A stretch of DNA of 64,000 nucleotides from Armatimonadota bacterium (GTDB taxonomy: Bacteria > Armatimonadota > UBA5829): positions 1,105,155-1,169,154 of the forward strand of contig JBMNES010000001.1 in assembly GCA_050948905.1 (NCBI GenBank), read 5' to 3'. Every line of letters starts with the position of its first letter. Positions within the stretch are counted from its first letter, which is position 1. Both the position numbers and the translations under genes were made by a program. Below, in pieces: positions 8,182-17,420 of the stretch. The notes beneath the pieces are model-generated. The model was not told the DNA's origin and searched no databases. It saw only the letters and a program-made list of their open reading frames with translations.

Positions 8182-10224
8182 CTATTTCGACTGAATGCCG
8201 GTTGTGGTCTGCGGCCCATTCTTAGAGAGGTCTATCTGTCTGTATCCAAGTGCAAAGGCTGGAGAATCCGGCTTCAGTCGAAAATCGTCTTTGTCGGGGT
8301 TGACGAAAAGGGGATCTGCGATTATGCCGTGCCTGTCGTGACCACGTGCCCGCCACTTTTCGATATCATCCTCCCCGAACGAGACTGGCTGGCCGCTGGC
8401 GTTGAAGTACAGGTTGTAGTCTATATCGCACTTGTCATCGCTCCAGTTACCGCTCATCAGCGCCCCTTCTTTGAAGTAGATTATGTTGCGCTCGAATGTG
8501 AAACCGCGGTGTTCTTCGGCTCGGGTTTTCTGAAGTTGATACAGGGTTGCGAGGGCGAAGACGTTGTTGGAGATTAAGTTATCTTTGCCGTAGTGCTGGT
8601 GAAAGCCACCTGTTTTGGTGCGGACGACCACATTGTTTTCGATGAGTATGTCAGTGCTTCCCTCATCAGTGTAAATTCCCCAACCCCCATAGCCGGCGGA
8701 TTCGCAGTCGTGGATAAAGTTGTTTCTTAAGATTGTGCCGGGAGAGACGCCGAGTGTGTAAATACCGCCGAGGTCGCTGAGAGTACCGCGGCCTATGTGG
8801 TGAATATAGTTATTTGCGACCAGGTTATTCACCGCGGCGCTTTTGTCATAACCCCAGCTCCACCCAACCGAGACGCCGGTGTAGTTCAACTGCCCAATCT
8901 CGTTATCGGTCACTATATTATTCGGGCTACCCGCTATCCAGACTCCCACCGCGCTGGCGAATATCTTTCCGCCGTCGATGATTTTATTATTTGAAACGGT
9001 CGTATATGCAGATCCTGCCTGGATTTTGACCCCGCCAGCGCCCATATCCTTGATAAGGCTGCTGCGAACTGCGCAATGCGAGCAGCCGTTGCCGAAATCG
9101 ACGCCGTAGTCGCCGATTCCGGATATTTCGCAGTGGATAATCTCACAATTTCGCGCGTGTTGAGCGGCGATTGCCGCCGGAACCTCGTGAGCTGCCTGTG
9201 CTGAACCGGAACTGCCCGGTGGCAGAGTATATTGCGTATGTGAGAATTGCAGGTTCTTGAAGCGTACAAACTGCACAGGTTGATCCTGCTGACCGGCCAG
9301 CTTAATAACGGTCTCCAACACAGGCGCTACAAACTCTGCGCTGCTTAAATCTTGTTTTGGATCAGGATAATAATAGATCTTTCCTTCGGAGCGGTCGAGG
9401 TACCACTGGCCGGGGCTGTCGAGGGCCTCAAAGACGTTTTCCACTATATAACGCGCAAAAAGTTTTCTATTGTGTTCCCGCGCCATCCAGAACCGGCTTT
9501 TCTTAGCCAGTTTCACCGTATCCGTGCTCTCATCTACGGATTGAATCGGCAGCCGGGAATCCACCCACAAATTGAAGATTCTCACCTCGACATCGCCGAG
9601 ATTACGCCAGTTCGCCTTGATTTCCCCTTTGTTGAACTCGAACTGATCCTGCCCATCCTGCCACTTGTCGCCTATGCTTGCAGATTTTATGTGATAATAG
9701 CCCTCTTTTGGCAGGCGGGTTCTCTGCGCGCGTTGGCCGTTTACGAATAGTTGGTCGGGGTTCCAATCCCCTCTCTTGGCTTCTGGCACGCTGGCGGCGA
9801 CCAAGTTTTTTCCATTCACTGTAACGGGTTCAAACCTTTTGATTTGCCTGCCGCCGCTGATAATAACCCTCTCTACGCCGTCTGAATCAGCATACGCCTG
9901 CCAGGTGATCGGGGCTGTCGCGGTGCCGGAATCCTGTTCGGTCAATTCAAGAGTTTCATTCAGATAGTATGTGCCCGCGCGCAGGTTAACGACAATCGGG
10001 CGCGCCAATCCGTTTTGATCTGATTTTATGCGCCGAATGGTGTCCCTGGCGCCTTTCAGGGTCGCCAACGGGCCGTCGGTTCGTGCCTTATTCGGCAGGG
10101 CCAACCGTCCGCTCCAAGTATCGTTTCCGTTTTTCGCTATATATAGCCTATCCGCATCCTGTGCGCTTGCGAGGCTGGCTAAAATCAGAGTCAGAGCGAT
10201 AGCAATGTAGTGCCAGGGTGCCAT
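8182..10224 (-). CDS. Secreted right-handed parallel beta-helix repeat protein (polysaccharide lyase/hydrolase-like fold)
   Basis: ORF trimmed to ATG 10224 (MAPWHYIAIALTLILASLASAQD signal peptide; GAGGA 5 nt upstream). Repeated beta-helix motifs such as NNFIHDCESAGYGGWGIYTDEGSTDILIENNVV. Confidence 0.75.
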   Translation of the reverse strand: MAPWHYIAIALTLILASLASAQDADRLYIAKNGNDTWSGRLALPNKARTDGPLATLKGARDTIRRIKSDQNGLARPIVVNLRAGTYYLNETLELTEQDSGTATAPITWQAYADSDGVERVIISGGRQIKRFEPVTVNGKNLVAASVPEAKRGDWNPDQLFVNGQRAQRTRLPKEGYYHIKSASIGDKWQDGQDQFEFNKGEIKANWRNLGDVEVRIFNLWVDSRLPIQSVDESTDTVKLAKKSRFWMAREHNRKLFARYIVENVFEALDSPGQWYLDRSEGKIYYYPDPKQDLSSAEFVAPVLETVIKLAGQQDQPVQFVRFKNLQFSHTQYTLPPGSSGSAQAAHEVPAAIAAQHARNCEIIHCEISGIGDYGVDFGNGCSHCAVRSSLIKDMGAGGVKIQAGSAYTTVSNNKIIDGGKIFASAVGVWIAGSPNNIVTDNEIGQLNYTGVSVGWSWGYDKSAAVNNLVANNYIHHIGRGTLSDLGGIYTLGVSPGTILRNNFIHDCESAGYGGWGIYTDEGSTDILIENNVVVRTKTGGFHQHYGKDNLISNNVFALATLYQLQKTRAEEHRGFTFERNIIYFKEGALMSGNWSDDKCDIDYNLYFNASGQPVSFGEDDIEKWRARGHDRHGIIADPLFVNPDKDDFRLKPDSPAFALGYRQIDLSKNGPQTTTGIQSK

Positions 10225-10231
10225 ATCGTCC

Positions 10232-11329
10232 TCATTTCTCGACGCTGTTTTTTGCGACTTCACGGCCCTTATCGATGAAGTATCGCATAGTTTCGTAGTT
10301 AATAGTCGGCGGCTCGGAGTGGTCTGTGTGCAGGATATATCCCCCGCCGCCCTTGATCACCGGGGGAATTTTCTTTTCTAGCTCGGCGTCTATTTGCGCG
10401 AAGTCGTTTGAGATCAACGTGCGCACGTCGATACCGCCGAAGAAGGCTATCTTATCCCCAAACCTGTTAAAAAGCGTCGGCAGGTCCATTCCGGCCTTGA
10501 CCTCCATCGCCTGCAGGCAATCCATGCCCGCCTCAATTAGCCCTGGTACCAGCGGCTCTACGTAACCGCAGGAGTGAACTATGACCTTACAGCCCATCGA
10601 ATGCGCGAAGTCGAAGAGCTTGGTGTGGCCGGGCTGGATTATCTGCTCATACATCGCCGGCGACATAAACGGCCTGTTTTTGAACCCCATATCCTCATAA
10701 AAGAACATCCCGTCCGGGCTGCCTTCCTCGGCGAAAAGAACTTCCAGGTGCTTGATGGTCAAATCCGCGTAAACATCGACCATATCCTTGACCCAATCCG
10801 GGTCCAGCGCCATCCCCATCAGCATATATTCATGTCCGCACAGCGGGTGAATCTGCTCAAACGGCGCTACTCCTCCCCAGCAGAAGTACCTCTGCCTCTC
10901 AGCGGCAAACTGCTTCTCGCCTCTATACCAGTCTATGGGTATCCTGCGGCGATCGAACTCGACTAGCCGGGGCCGGGCGTGTTCTTCCCAGGTTTTTCTG
11001 TCCTTTACGGTAAAATCGACGTGTTCCGGGGTGGAATCGTGGAGTTTGTGCCTGCGCAGCTTCGCGCCATTGCCGTCGAGGTGGAGTATGGTCTCCTCGG
11101 TTTCTTCAATGACGACTGACTGAAAATCTATGTCCACGGTGCTATTAAGCCAGCCCGCCGATCTTAAATCCTGCCCGAAGTGCTCGGCTACGTCCTCACC
11201 CTCGGCTATGTGGCCTTCCCGAACCCACCGCTGAACCGTCGCCCCCCACGGCGTAACGGACACCGGGAGCATATCGACGGGCTTGCGGTCGAGCGCGGCC
11301 TGCATACGTTCTTTGCTGGTCATCTGCAT
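10232..11329 (-). CDS. Uroporphyrinogen decarboxylase (URO-D) family protein, MtaA/CmuA-like
   Basis: MQMTSKERMQAALDRKPVDMLPV ... GGGGYILHTDHSEPP matches the URO-D-like TIM-barrel pattern. Its stop lies 7 nt before the beta-helix gene start. Confidence 0.7.
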   Translation of the reverse strand: MQMTSKERMQAALDRKPVDMLPVSVTPWGATVQRWVREGHIAEGEDVAEHFGQDLRSAGWLNSTVDIDFQSVVIEETEETILHLDGNGAKLRRHKLHDSTPEHVDFTVKDRKTWEEHARPRLVEFDRRRIPIDWYRGEKQFAAERQRYFCWGGVAPFEQIHPLCGHEYMLMGMALDPDWVKDMVDVYADLTIKHLEVLFAEEGSPDGMFFYEDMGFKNRPFMSPAMYEQIIQPGHTKLFDFAHSMGCKVIVHSCGYVEPLVPGLIEAGMDCLQAMEVKAGMDLPTLFNRFGDKIAFFGGIDVRTLISNDFAQIDAELEKKIPPVIKGGGGYILHTDHSEPPTINYETMRYFIDKGREVAKNSVEK

Positions 11330-11392
11330 ATTATCTCACTCCATAATGCATACTCTGCCAATAAATGATATTCCGACATCGAAGCCGTTCTT

Positions 11393-11427
11393 ACCTGCTA
11401 TAAAGAGTCATATCTTTCTGAGCAGGT
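11393..11427. promoter_or_regulatory. Imperfect 35-bp palindrome in a divergent promoter region (operator candidate)
   Basis: ACCTGCT-ataaagagtcatatctttctg-AGCAGGT, with inner AAAGA/TCTTT arms. Sits between the URO-D-like (-) and SIS (+) genes. Confidence 0.25.
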
Positions 11428-11487
11428 CAAACGGGTGTGTTCGGCGAAGATTTCAATTGGCAATTAACCGTAGAGAGGGTTTCATAA

Positions 11488-13323
11488 ATGAGCGAGACAT
11501 CGTTAAAGCGTTCAAGAGAGTTTCTTGAGGTGGCGGATCAGTTTAAGTTGGGCGTTTTGGTCACGGAGTCGTCCCATCCGGTGACAGCGGAGCTTAGCCA
11601 GACCGCCAAACGCAGCATCCCGGATGCGCTGAGGCTGCTCTTCGAGGTGGACAAGGACGTAGTCGAGAAATACCGGGAATGGGCGACAAGTGATTCGCCT
11701 AGAAAGACAGCCGACACGCTGCGTGACGCCATCGCGGCTGGAGGAAATATGTATTTCACAGGCTGCGGCTCCACTGGCCGGCTCTCCATTCAGCTTGCGT
11801 CGATTTGGCGAGACTTCTGGCAGAAACGAAAAGCCAGCGGCCACGCCGACTCGGAGGATTACGAAAACCGCGCGTTCAGCGTCATGGCGGGCGGGGACTT
11901 CGCTTTGATTAAGGCTGTTGAAGGATTCGAGGACTTCACGCAGTTCGGCGGAAAGCAAATAGGCGATCTCGGCGTGACTCAGGGGGATGTCGTCTTCGCT
12001 ATAACTGAGGGCGGGGAGACTTCTTTCGTCATCGGAACAGCCTGGAAGGGGCTGGAGCGGGGCGCTAAGGTATATTTCGTCTACAATAACCCGGACGATA
12101 TCCTCTGCGAGCACGTGCAGCGCAGCCGCGAGGTCATTCAGGAGCCGCGCATCGAGAAAATCAATCTCACCACCGGGCCGATGGCCATCACGGGTTCCAC
12201 TCGAATGCAGGCCACCACGATTCAGTTGTGCGTGATGCTCACTGTGCTGGAGATGGTGCTGCGAGACCTGATCGATGACCCTGCGCTGAGTTCGGATGCA
12301 GTTCCCGCGCAGTTTATGGCAAAGCTGGAAGAGATGCACGCCACCCTGATGTCGCAGCCGCTGTGTGATTCTCTTGCAAAGCTGGTGGAATTGGAGGAGA
12401 GCGTATATCGCGCCGACCACAAGAACAATTATTTCGCCAATTTGATCGGTGTGGACGTGCTTACCGACACCACCGAGCGCTCGCCGACGTTCTGCACCCC
12501 TCCGTTCCGCAAATTTGACGACACCAGTGCGGCGGAGAGCTGGGCGTTTCTGTATCTGCCTTATGAGAAAACAGAGGATGCCTGGAATTGGATTCTCAAG
12601 AAGCAGCCAAGTTGTGTAGAATGGACCGAGGAAGAGGTTCGCGAGTTGGTCGGGGATGAGAAGCTCGCAGCTACTTATGAGGTCATTAAGCGCATATCGA
12701 AACGGGAGCTGATGCGCTTTAAGATCGGCAAAGATGGGTTAAAGAATCGACCGCTGGGTAAAGGCGACAGTGCGGTTGCGATTCTTCTGGAGGCTGAGGC
12801 GGACTGCCTGACTTCTGAGAACGGTTTCTTCAGAAAACAGCTTGAAGAGGCGGCTGCGTCTGGTGCGCGGACGGGGTTGATTTATCTCGGCAGCGAGGAT
12901 GGCGTGCGAAAGGCTGAGGAGTTCGTAAAGGGCTGGAACCCGGATGCTGCGGCAGTATTTGCAGTGGTGCCGCAGACTGATTTTCTGCTGGATGGAGTCA
13001 CGCGCGCCGGTGCGAAGATGCTGATGAACGCGAACTCAACCTGCACGATGGTGCGCCTGGGCCGAGTGCTTGGAAACGTTATGATATGGCTGGTTGCGTC
13101 GAACCTCAAACTGATCGACCGCTCAACTCGTTATATTTGCAAGCTCACCGGCCTGGATTATGTGGCCGCTAACGAGCTGCTGTTCGAGGTTGTGGAATAT
13201 GTCGAACCGCGAATGAAGGCGGATCAAAAATACCCGCCCATCGTCGGCACGTCGGTGATGCGAGCGAAGTATAATCTCAGCAACGAGGACGCTGAAAAGA
13301 AACTAATGGAGGAACTTGGCTGA
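11488..13323 (+). CDS. SIS-domain sugar-phosphate isomerase/etherase-like protein (GCKR/MurQ-like, two-domain)
   Basis: 611 aa. SIS-type phosphosugar loop YFTGCGSTGRLSIQLA. Size and layout resemble GCKR/MurQ-family proteins. Confidence 0.6.
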   Translation: MSETSLKRSREFLEVADQFKLGVLVTESSHPVTAELSQTAKRSIPDALRLLFEVDKDVVEKYREWATSDSPRKTADTLRDAIAAGGNMYFTGCGSTGRLSIQLASIWRDFWQKRKASGHADSEDYENRAFSVMAGGDFALIKAVEGFEDFTQFGGKQIGDLGVTQGDVVFAITEGGETSFVIGTAWKGLERGAKVYFVYNNPDDILCEHVQRSREVIQEPRIEKINLTTGPMAITGSTRMQATTIQLCVMLTVLEMVLRDLIDDPALSSDAVPAQFMAKLEEMHATLMSQPLCDSLAKLVELEESVYRADHKNNYFANLIGVDVLTDTTERSPTFCTPPFRKFDDTSAAESWAFLYLPYEKTEDAWNWILKKQPSCVEWTEEEVRELVGDEKLAATYEVIKRISKRELMRFKIGKDGLKNRPLGKGDSAVAILLEAEADCLTSENGFFRKQLEEAAASGARTGLIYLGSEDGVRKAEEFVKGWNPDAAAVFAVVPQTDFLLDGVTRAGAKMLMNANSTCTMVRLGRVLGNVMIWLVASNLKLIDRSTRYICKLTGLDYVAANELLFEVVEYVEPRMKADQKYPPIVGTSVMRAKYNLSNEDAEKKLMEELG

Positions 13324-13367
13324 GTTTCTTATAATCCGTATATGCATATATGTAGAGAGGTGTGAAC

Positions 13368-14603
13368 ATGGCACACGATTTTCGAGCAGAATACAACATC
13401 CTCGCGGACAAGCTTGCCGCCCGTGGAGTCGATGTAGAAAAGGTCAAGGCAAGGCTCAAATCACAACATATCGAGACCCCAAGCTGGGGTTTTGCAGACG
13501 CTGGAACCCGGTTTGGCACATACCAGCAGGAAGGTTCCGCGATCACCATCGAGGAGAAAATCGCGGACGCGGCTCAGGTCAACAAGTTCACCGGCGTTGC
13601 GCCGACCGTAGCTGTGCACGTTCTTTGGGACTTCCCGAACGGCGTCTCCGATGCGCAGGCGCTATCTGATTACGCCAAATCCCTCGGCGTTGCAATCGGA
13701 GCGATAAACCCGAACGTCTTTCAAGGCAGAGAATACGCCTTCGGAAGCATAACAAGCGAGGACCCAGGCGTCCGGCAGCAGGCAATCGACCACATGCTCT
13801 ATTCCATCGATATAGGCAAAGAGCTTGGTTCTGAACTGCTTTCGTTGTGGTTTGCCGACGGCACCGACTATCCGGGGCAGGGAGATTTCAGACGACGCAA
13901 ACACTACGCTGAAGACGCACTCAAGACGGTATACAATGCGATGCCGGATAATATGCGCATGCTCATTGAGTATAAGCCATTCGAGCCGGGGTTCTATCAT
14001 ACCGACCTGGCCGACTGGGGAATGAGTTATGTCACAGCCCAAAAGTGCGGCCCGAACGCGCACGTGTTAGTTGACCTCGGTCATCATTTGCAGGGTGCCA
14101 ATATCGAGCACATCGTGTCGTTTTTGCTGGATGAAGAGCGGCTGGGCGGTTTCCACTTCAACAATCACAAATACGCCGATGACGATCTTACCGTCGGCTC
14201 GATCAACCCCTACGAGCTGTTCTTGATCTACAACGAACTGGCCAAAGCGGAAGATGCGCCGAACAACAACCCGCCGGTGGCATATATGATCGACCAGTGC
14301 CATACCACCAAGCAGAAAATGGATGCGATGATCCAGACGATTATCCATATCCAGACAGCTTATGCCAAGGCTATGTGCATCGACCGGACAAAGCTGTTGG
14401 AGGCTCAGAAGGCCAATGACATAGTCTCTGCGGAGACCTGTCTGCAGCAGGCGTTCAATACGGATGTAGAGCCGCTGTTGAAAGTGGTTCGCGAGGAAAT
14501 GGGAATCGATCCCGATCCGCTTCAGGCGTTTCGTGCCAGCGGATATTGGAAGAAGATAAGTTCCGAGAGAGGAATACGCTCCGGTCTTGGCCTGGGCGCC
14601 TGA
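13368..14603 (+). CDS. L-rhamnose isomerase-like TIM-barrel sugar isomerase (Pseudomonas stutzeri/Streptomyces type)
   Basis: HIETPSWGFADAGTRFG...VAVHVLWD resembles the N-terminus of the short L-RhI family. ATG 13368 lies 7 nt after AGAGG (the ORF-track GTG is at 13362). Confidence 0.65.
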   Translation: MAHDFRAEYNILADKLAARGVDVEKVKARLKSQHIETPSWGFADAGTRFGTYQQEGSAITIEEKIADAAQVNKFTGVAPTVAVHVLWDFPNGVSDAQALSDYAKSLGVAIGAINPNVFQGREYAFGSITSEDPGVRQQAIDHMLYSIDIGKELGSELLSLWFADGTDYPGQGDFRRRKHYAEDALKTVYNAMPDNMRMLIEYKPFEPGFYHTDLADWGMSYVTAQKCGPNAHVLVDLGHHLQGANIEHIVSFLLDEERLGGFHFNNHKYADDDLTVGSINPYELFLIYNELAKAEDAPNNNPPVAYMIDQCHTTKQKMDAMIQTIIHIQTAYAKAMCIDRTKLLEAQKANDIVSAETCLQQAFNTDVEPLLKVVREEMGIDPDPLQAFRASGYWKKISSERGIRSGLGLGA

Positions 14604-14632
14604 TCTTATTCCATACAACCTCCCTCCACAAA

Positions 14633-14668
14633 TCGAGGCTCGGCAGAGGTCGGGCCTCGACTTTTTTA
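14633..14668 (+). terminator. Rho-independent terminator after the isomerase gene
   Basis: TCGAGGC...GCCTCGA stem followed by CTTTTTT. Confidence 0.6.
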
Positions 14669-14869
14669 AAATACGTATTCCTACCAGTCTACCTCACAGC
14701 CTCATATATGGAATAAACTCCTGTAATATCGATTTTGAAGATCCCATACTGTGCGGTTATAACGGTCTATTAGCAGCTTTTTGTCTATATCTGAGCTGCA
14801 ATATGGAACAATTCGTTGTGTAAATTCTGACCCGGATACGGTATTTGCGGAACCATAGAGGTAGTATTG

Positions 14870-15202
14870 ATGCACAAATCCGCTCGAAAAAAAGGTTTTA
14901 CGCTGGTCGAGGTTATGGTCGTAGTATCGTTGATAGCGATGCTGTTGGCGATTGCCACGCCGAGTTTTGTGAAGACCAGAGATGTGGCCCGCACCAACGC
15001 CTGTCTGGCGAACTTAAAATCTCTGGACGGGGCCAAGATGCAGTGGGCGATGGAATATCACAAAAATGATGGCGATGTTGTAACCTGGGGAAACATCGCG
15101 CCGGGTTATATGAAGACGCAGGTTAATTGTCCGTGGGGATACGCCTACACCCTTCAGCCAATCGGCGTTCCGCCTTATTGCCCTGTCGTCGGCCACCACT
15201 AA
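14870..15202 (+). CDS. Prepilin-type N-terminal cleavage/methylation domain protein (type II secretion/type IV pilin-like)
   Basis: MHKSARKKGFTLVEVMVVVSLIAMLLAIATPSF is the classic G|FTL(V/I)E leader plus hydrophobic helix. ATG 14870 follows GAGG. Confidence 0.8.
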   Translation: MHKSARKKGFTLVEVMVVVSLIAMLLAIATPSFVKTRDVARTNACLANLKSLDGAKMQWAMEYHKNDGDVVTWGNIAPGYMKTQVNCPWGYAYTLQPIGVPPYCPVVGHH

Positions 15203-15224
15203 TACAAGCTGCACCTGACAATTT

Positions 15225-15256
15225 TAGGGCCTGATGCATAACCCGATCAGGCCCTA
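15225..15256. terminator. Hairpin downstream of the pilin-like gene
   Basis: TAGGGCCTGAT-gcataacccg-ATCAGGCCCTA, an 11-bp perfect stem. No T-run follows, so terminator function is uncertain. Confidence 0.35.
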
Positions 15257-15324
15257 ACGATAGTGCATATTCGCTTGTATACCGGCAAAACCGGTGTTTC
15301 CAATTGGCCGCTTCTACGCACCTA

Positions 15325-15597
15325 TTAAGTATCTGCAATTATTCCCAGTTCTACTGCCCTTTTGAACGCTTGAAACCTGTTTGTTGCCCCTAATTTGACG
15401 TATGCCCTAGCTAAATAAAAGTCAACCGTTCTCTTGCTTACCGAAAGACTTTGTGCCACCTCACTGGAGCACTTTCCGTCAAAAATTAATTTGAGAATCT
15501 CGCGTTCCCTTTCCGTAATTTGGGCCAGGGTCTCCCTATCCCCGGGGCCTAACGCAGTTCGCTCGGTGCTATCCATGCTTCCCGTGCCCCCTCTCAA
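15325..15597 (-). CDS. LuxR/GerE-family helix-turn-helix transcriptional regulator (small, no receiver domain)
   Basis: LTEREREILKLIFDGKCSSEVAQSLSVSKRTVDFYLARAYVKLGATNR is a GerE-type HTH. TTG 15597 overlaps the sigma stop (TTGA). Alternative ATG at 15576. Confidence 0.8.
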   Translation of the reverse strand: MRGGTGSMDSTERTALGPGDRETLAQITEREREILKLIFDGKCSSEVAQSLSVSKRTVDFYLARAYVKLGATNRFQAFKRAVELGIIADT

Positions 15598-16487
15598 GTG
15601 TCAAAAAATGTATCAAGCCAATTTCTTGTCACCGCGAGTTTAAGTTTTTTGAGCGCCCTGGCTTCCAACTGACGCACTCTCTCCCTAGTTATATGCATCT
15701 GCTGTCCGATTTCCTGCAGGGTGAATACAGAACCACCCTTCAGTCCAAAGCGCTTTTCGATTATTATTTTTTCCTGAGGACTCAGCCAATCCATCAATTC
15801 ACCAAGCACCTCAACTGTCTCCTGCTTCATCACATCATGCTCAGGATTCGCTGATCCCGAATCCGTCAGCCTTTCGATGAGCGAGGTCATTCCGTCCTCC
15901 GAGACAGGCTCATCCAACGAGACCAAAGCCTCAGAGGCTTCGAGCAGCCGCAGCACCTTCTCCCGGGGGAGCTGCATCCGCTCGCAGAGCTCTTCGATTG
16001 TGGGTTCCCTACCGAATTCGTTAACAAAAGAGGTGCCAGCCTTATTAAGCCTACGAATAGACTGAATTACATAGCTCGGCACCCTGATTGCTCGGCCCTG
16101 GCGTTCGATCGCGCGCATAATCGCCTGTCTGATCCAGGCGACCGCATAGGTACTGAATCTAAATCCCCGCTCCGGGTCAAACGATTCCACAGCCTTCATC
16201 AAGCCTATATTACCCTCTTGAATCAGGTCAGGCAGCGGAACCCCAGAACGAGCATACACCTTTGCAATACTCACGACCAGCTTCAGATTGCACTCCACCA
16301 ACTTCCGGTGGGCGCTCAGATCACCTGCTTTAGCTTCTCTCGATAGCCTTTGCTCTTCTTCGGCACTCAGCAAAGGCCATTTACCGATTCGATCGAGATA
16401 CATATCCATCGAATCGGCTACTTCCGAAGTTACGGGCAGCGCTTCTTCAAGACCCGGCTCCGTCAATTCCAGCGGATCGCTGTGCAT
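15594..16487 (-). CDS. RNA polymerase sigma factor, sigma-70 family (RpoD-like, lacks region 1.1)
   Basis: Regions 2-4 are recognisable (DLIQEGNIGLMKAVESFDPERGFRFSTYAVAWIRQAI; TLQEIGQQMHITRERVRQLEARALKKL). Preferred ATG 16487 follows GGAGGAAGGAGG (the ORF-track TTG is at 16508). Confidence 0.9.
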   Translation of the reverse strand: MHSDPLELTEPGLEEALPVTSEVADSMDMYLDRIGKWPLLSAEEEQRLSREAKAGDLSAHRKLVECNLKLVVSIAKVYARSGVPLPDLIQEGNIGLMKAVESFDPERGFRFSTYAVAWIRQAIMRAIERQGRAIRVPSYVIQSIRRLNKAGTSFVNEFGREPTIEELCERMQLPREKVLRLLEASEALVSLDEPVSEDGMTSLIERLTDSGSANPEHDVMKQETVEVLGELMDWLSPQEKIIIEKRFGLKGGSVFTLQEIGQQMHITRERVRQLEARALKKLKLAVTRNWLDTFFDT

Positions 16488-17387
16488 CGACAAGCCTCCT
16501 TCCTCCAATACCTCTTCATGAGGAATATCAACTTGATATTTAGCACCAGTCGCACACGAACAGTGCGCGGTCTATCCCAACCAGCATCTGCCTGCCCACT
16601 TGATCGGCTTCCTACCGCAAAGCAGGTTACATCTCGCCCAGCCAGTGCAACAACACTACGACATCTTTGCCCAAACTGGACAGTGCCCGCCATAACCGGC
16701 GGTAATGTCACAATTCCTCTCCAGCGACCTCCTTGTCTAACTGATCAGAGTCCGAAATCAGGTTATTGCTATTGCCTTCTCAGAGAACGATCCCTCCGAA
16801 AAGAGTTAGAACGCCGGATAATCTCGACGCCATATATGCATCAGGCGAAGAGAATAGATATTTCCACAGAACAATGCCGTAAGGGTGGAATTCGCGGCGG
16901 TTCTGGTGTTATCTTCTGTGGGCCGGCAGATATTCGGGTAACAACAAAGCGCCACCCTATTTTGAATAGGGCTTTCCCGTCGTCTGCCTGCGTCGCTTTT
17001 GGTGGTTGTTCTGTGCGTAGTTCGGCGTTCTCAACGAATACATACTAGCACGCGATTGCAACGATTTGACAACAACCTTGTAACAGATCAGTAAAATAAA
17101 TCCGTGCCAGGCCAGATAATCAACCCGTGCGGCCCACTTTGCACTGCTCCCGGCCCGCGACACCACACCTTATGCATTACAACTTCGCCATTTACCGGCC
17201 GACTTCCTCTATTGAGTAGCTCGACTTATAAATTATACGGCAATTAATGTGCCAAAGTGAAAATGTCGCATAAACCCGGTAAGCTTGCGTGTGTTTCTAT
17301 TTACCTGTTCGGTATTTTTTCTAAACGGGCCCTCGCCACTATAATTGAGTGCATTTTACAGCCCTGAAGTTCTTAACCAGCGTTTTT

Positions 17388-17396
17388 TGTTATAAT
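17388..17396 (+). promoter_or_regulatory. Extended -10 promoter element candidate (TGTTATAAT)
   Basis: TGnTATAAT about 25 nt upstream of the GNAT gene start, in an AT-rich stretch. Confidence 0.3.
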
Positions 17397-17420
17397 AATC
17401 TGCTTACGCAGGAGATGACT

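Noticed and set aside
16741-16800. TPP-riboswitch-like fragments on the minus strand (CUGAGA ... AACCUGAU)
   Set aside because: Only two short core fragments match. The conserved ACCC and GCG.AGGGA parts, and a P1 helix, are not evident. The downstream gene is a sigma factor, which is not a plausible thiamine-regulated target.
16985-17015. tmRNA or tRNA-like 3' end (CCACCA on the minus strand)
   Set aside because: There is no T-arm (GGTTCGA.TCC-like) sequence or acceptor-stem complement next to it. The CCACCA is probably a chance occurrence.
16350-17048. 232-aa plus-strand ORF spanning the sigma-factor start and the long spacer
   Set aside because: It overlaps the well-supported sigma gene on the opposite strand. 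It has low-complexity composition, no RBS and no recognisable similarity.
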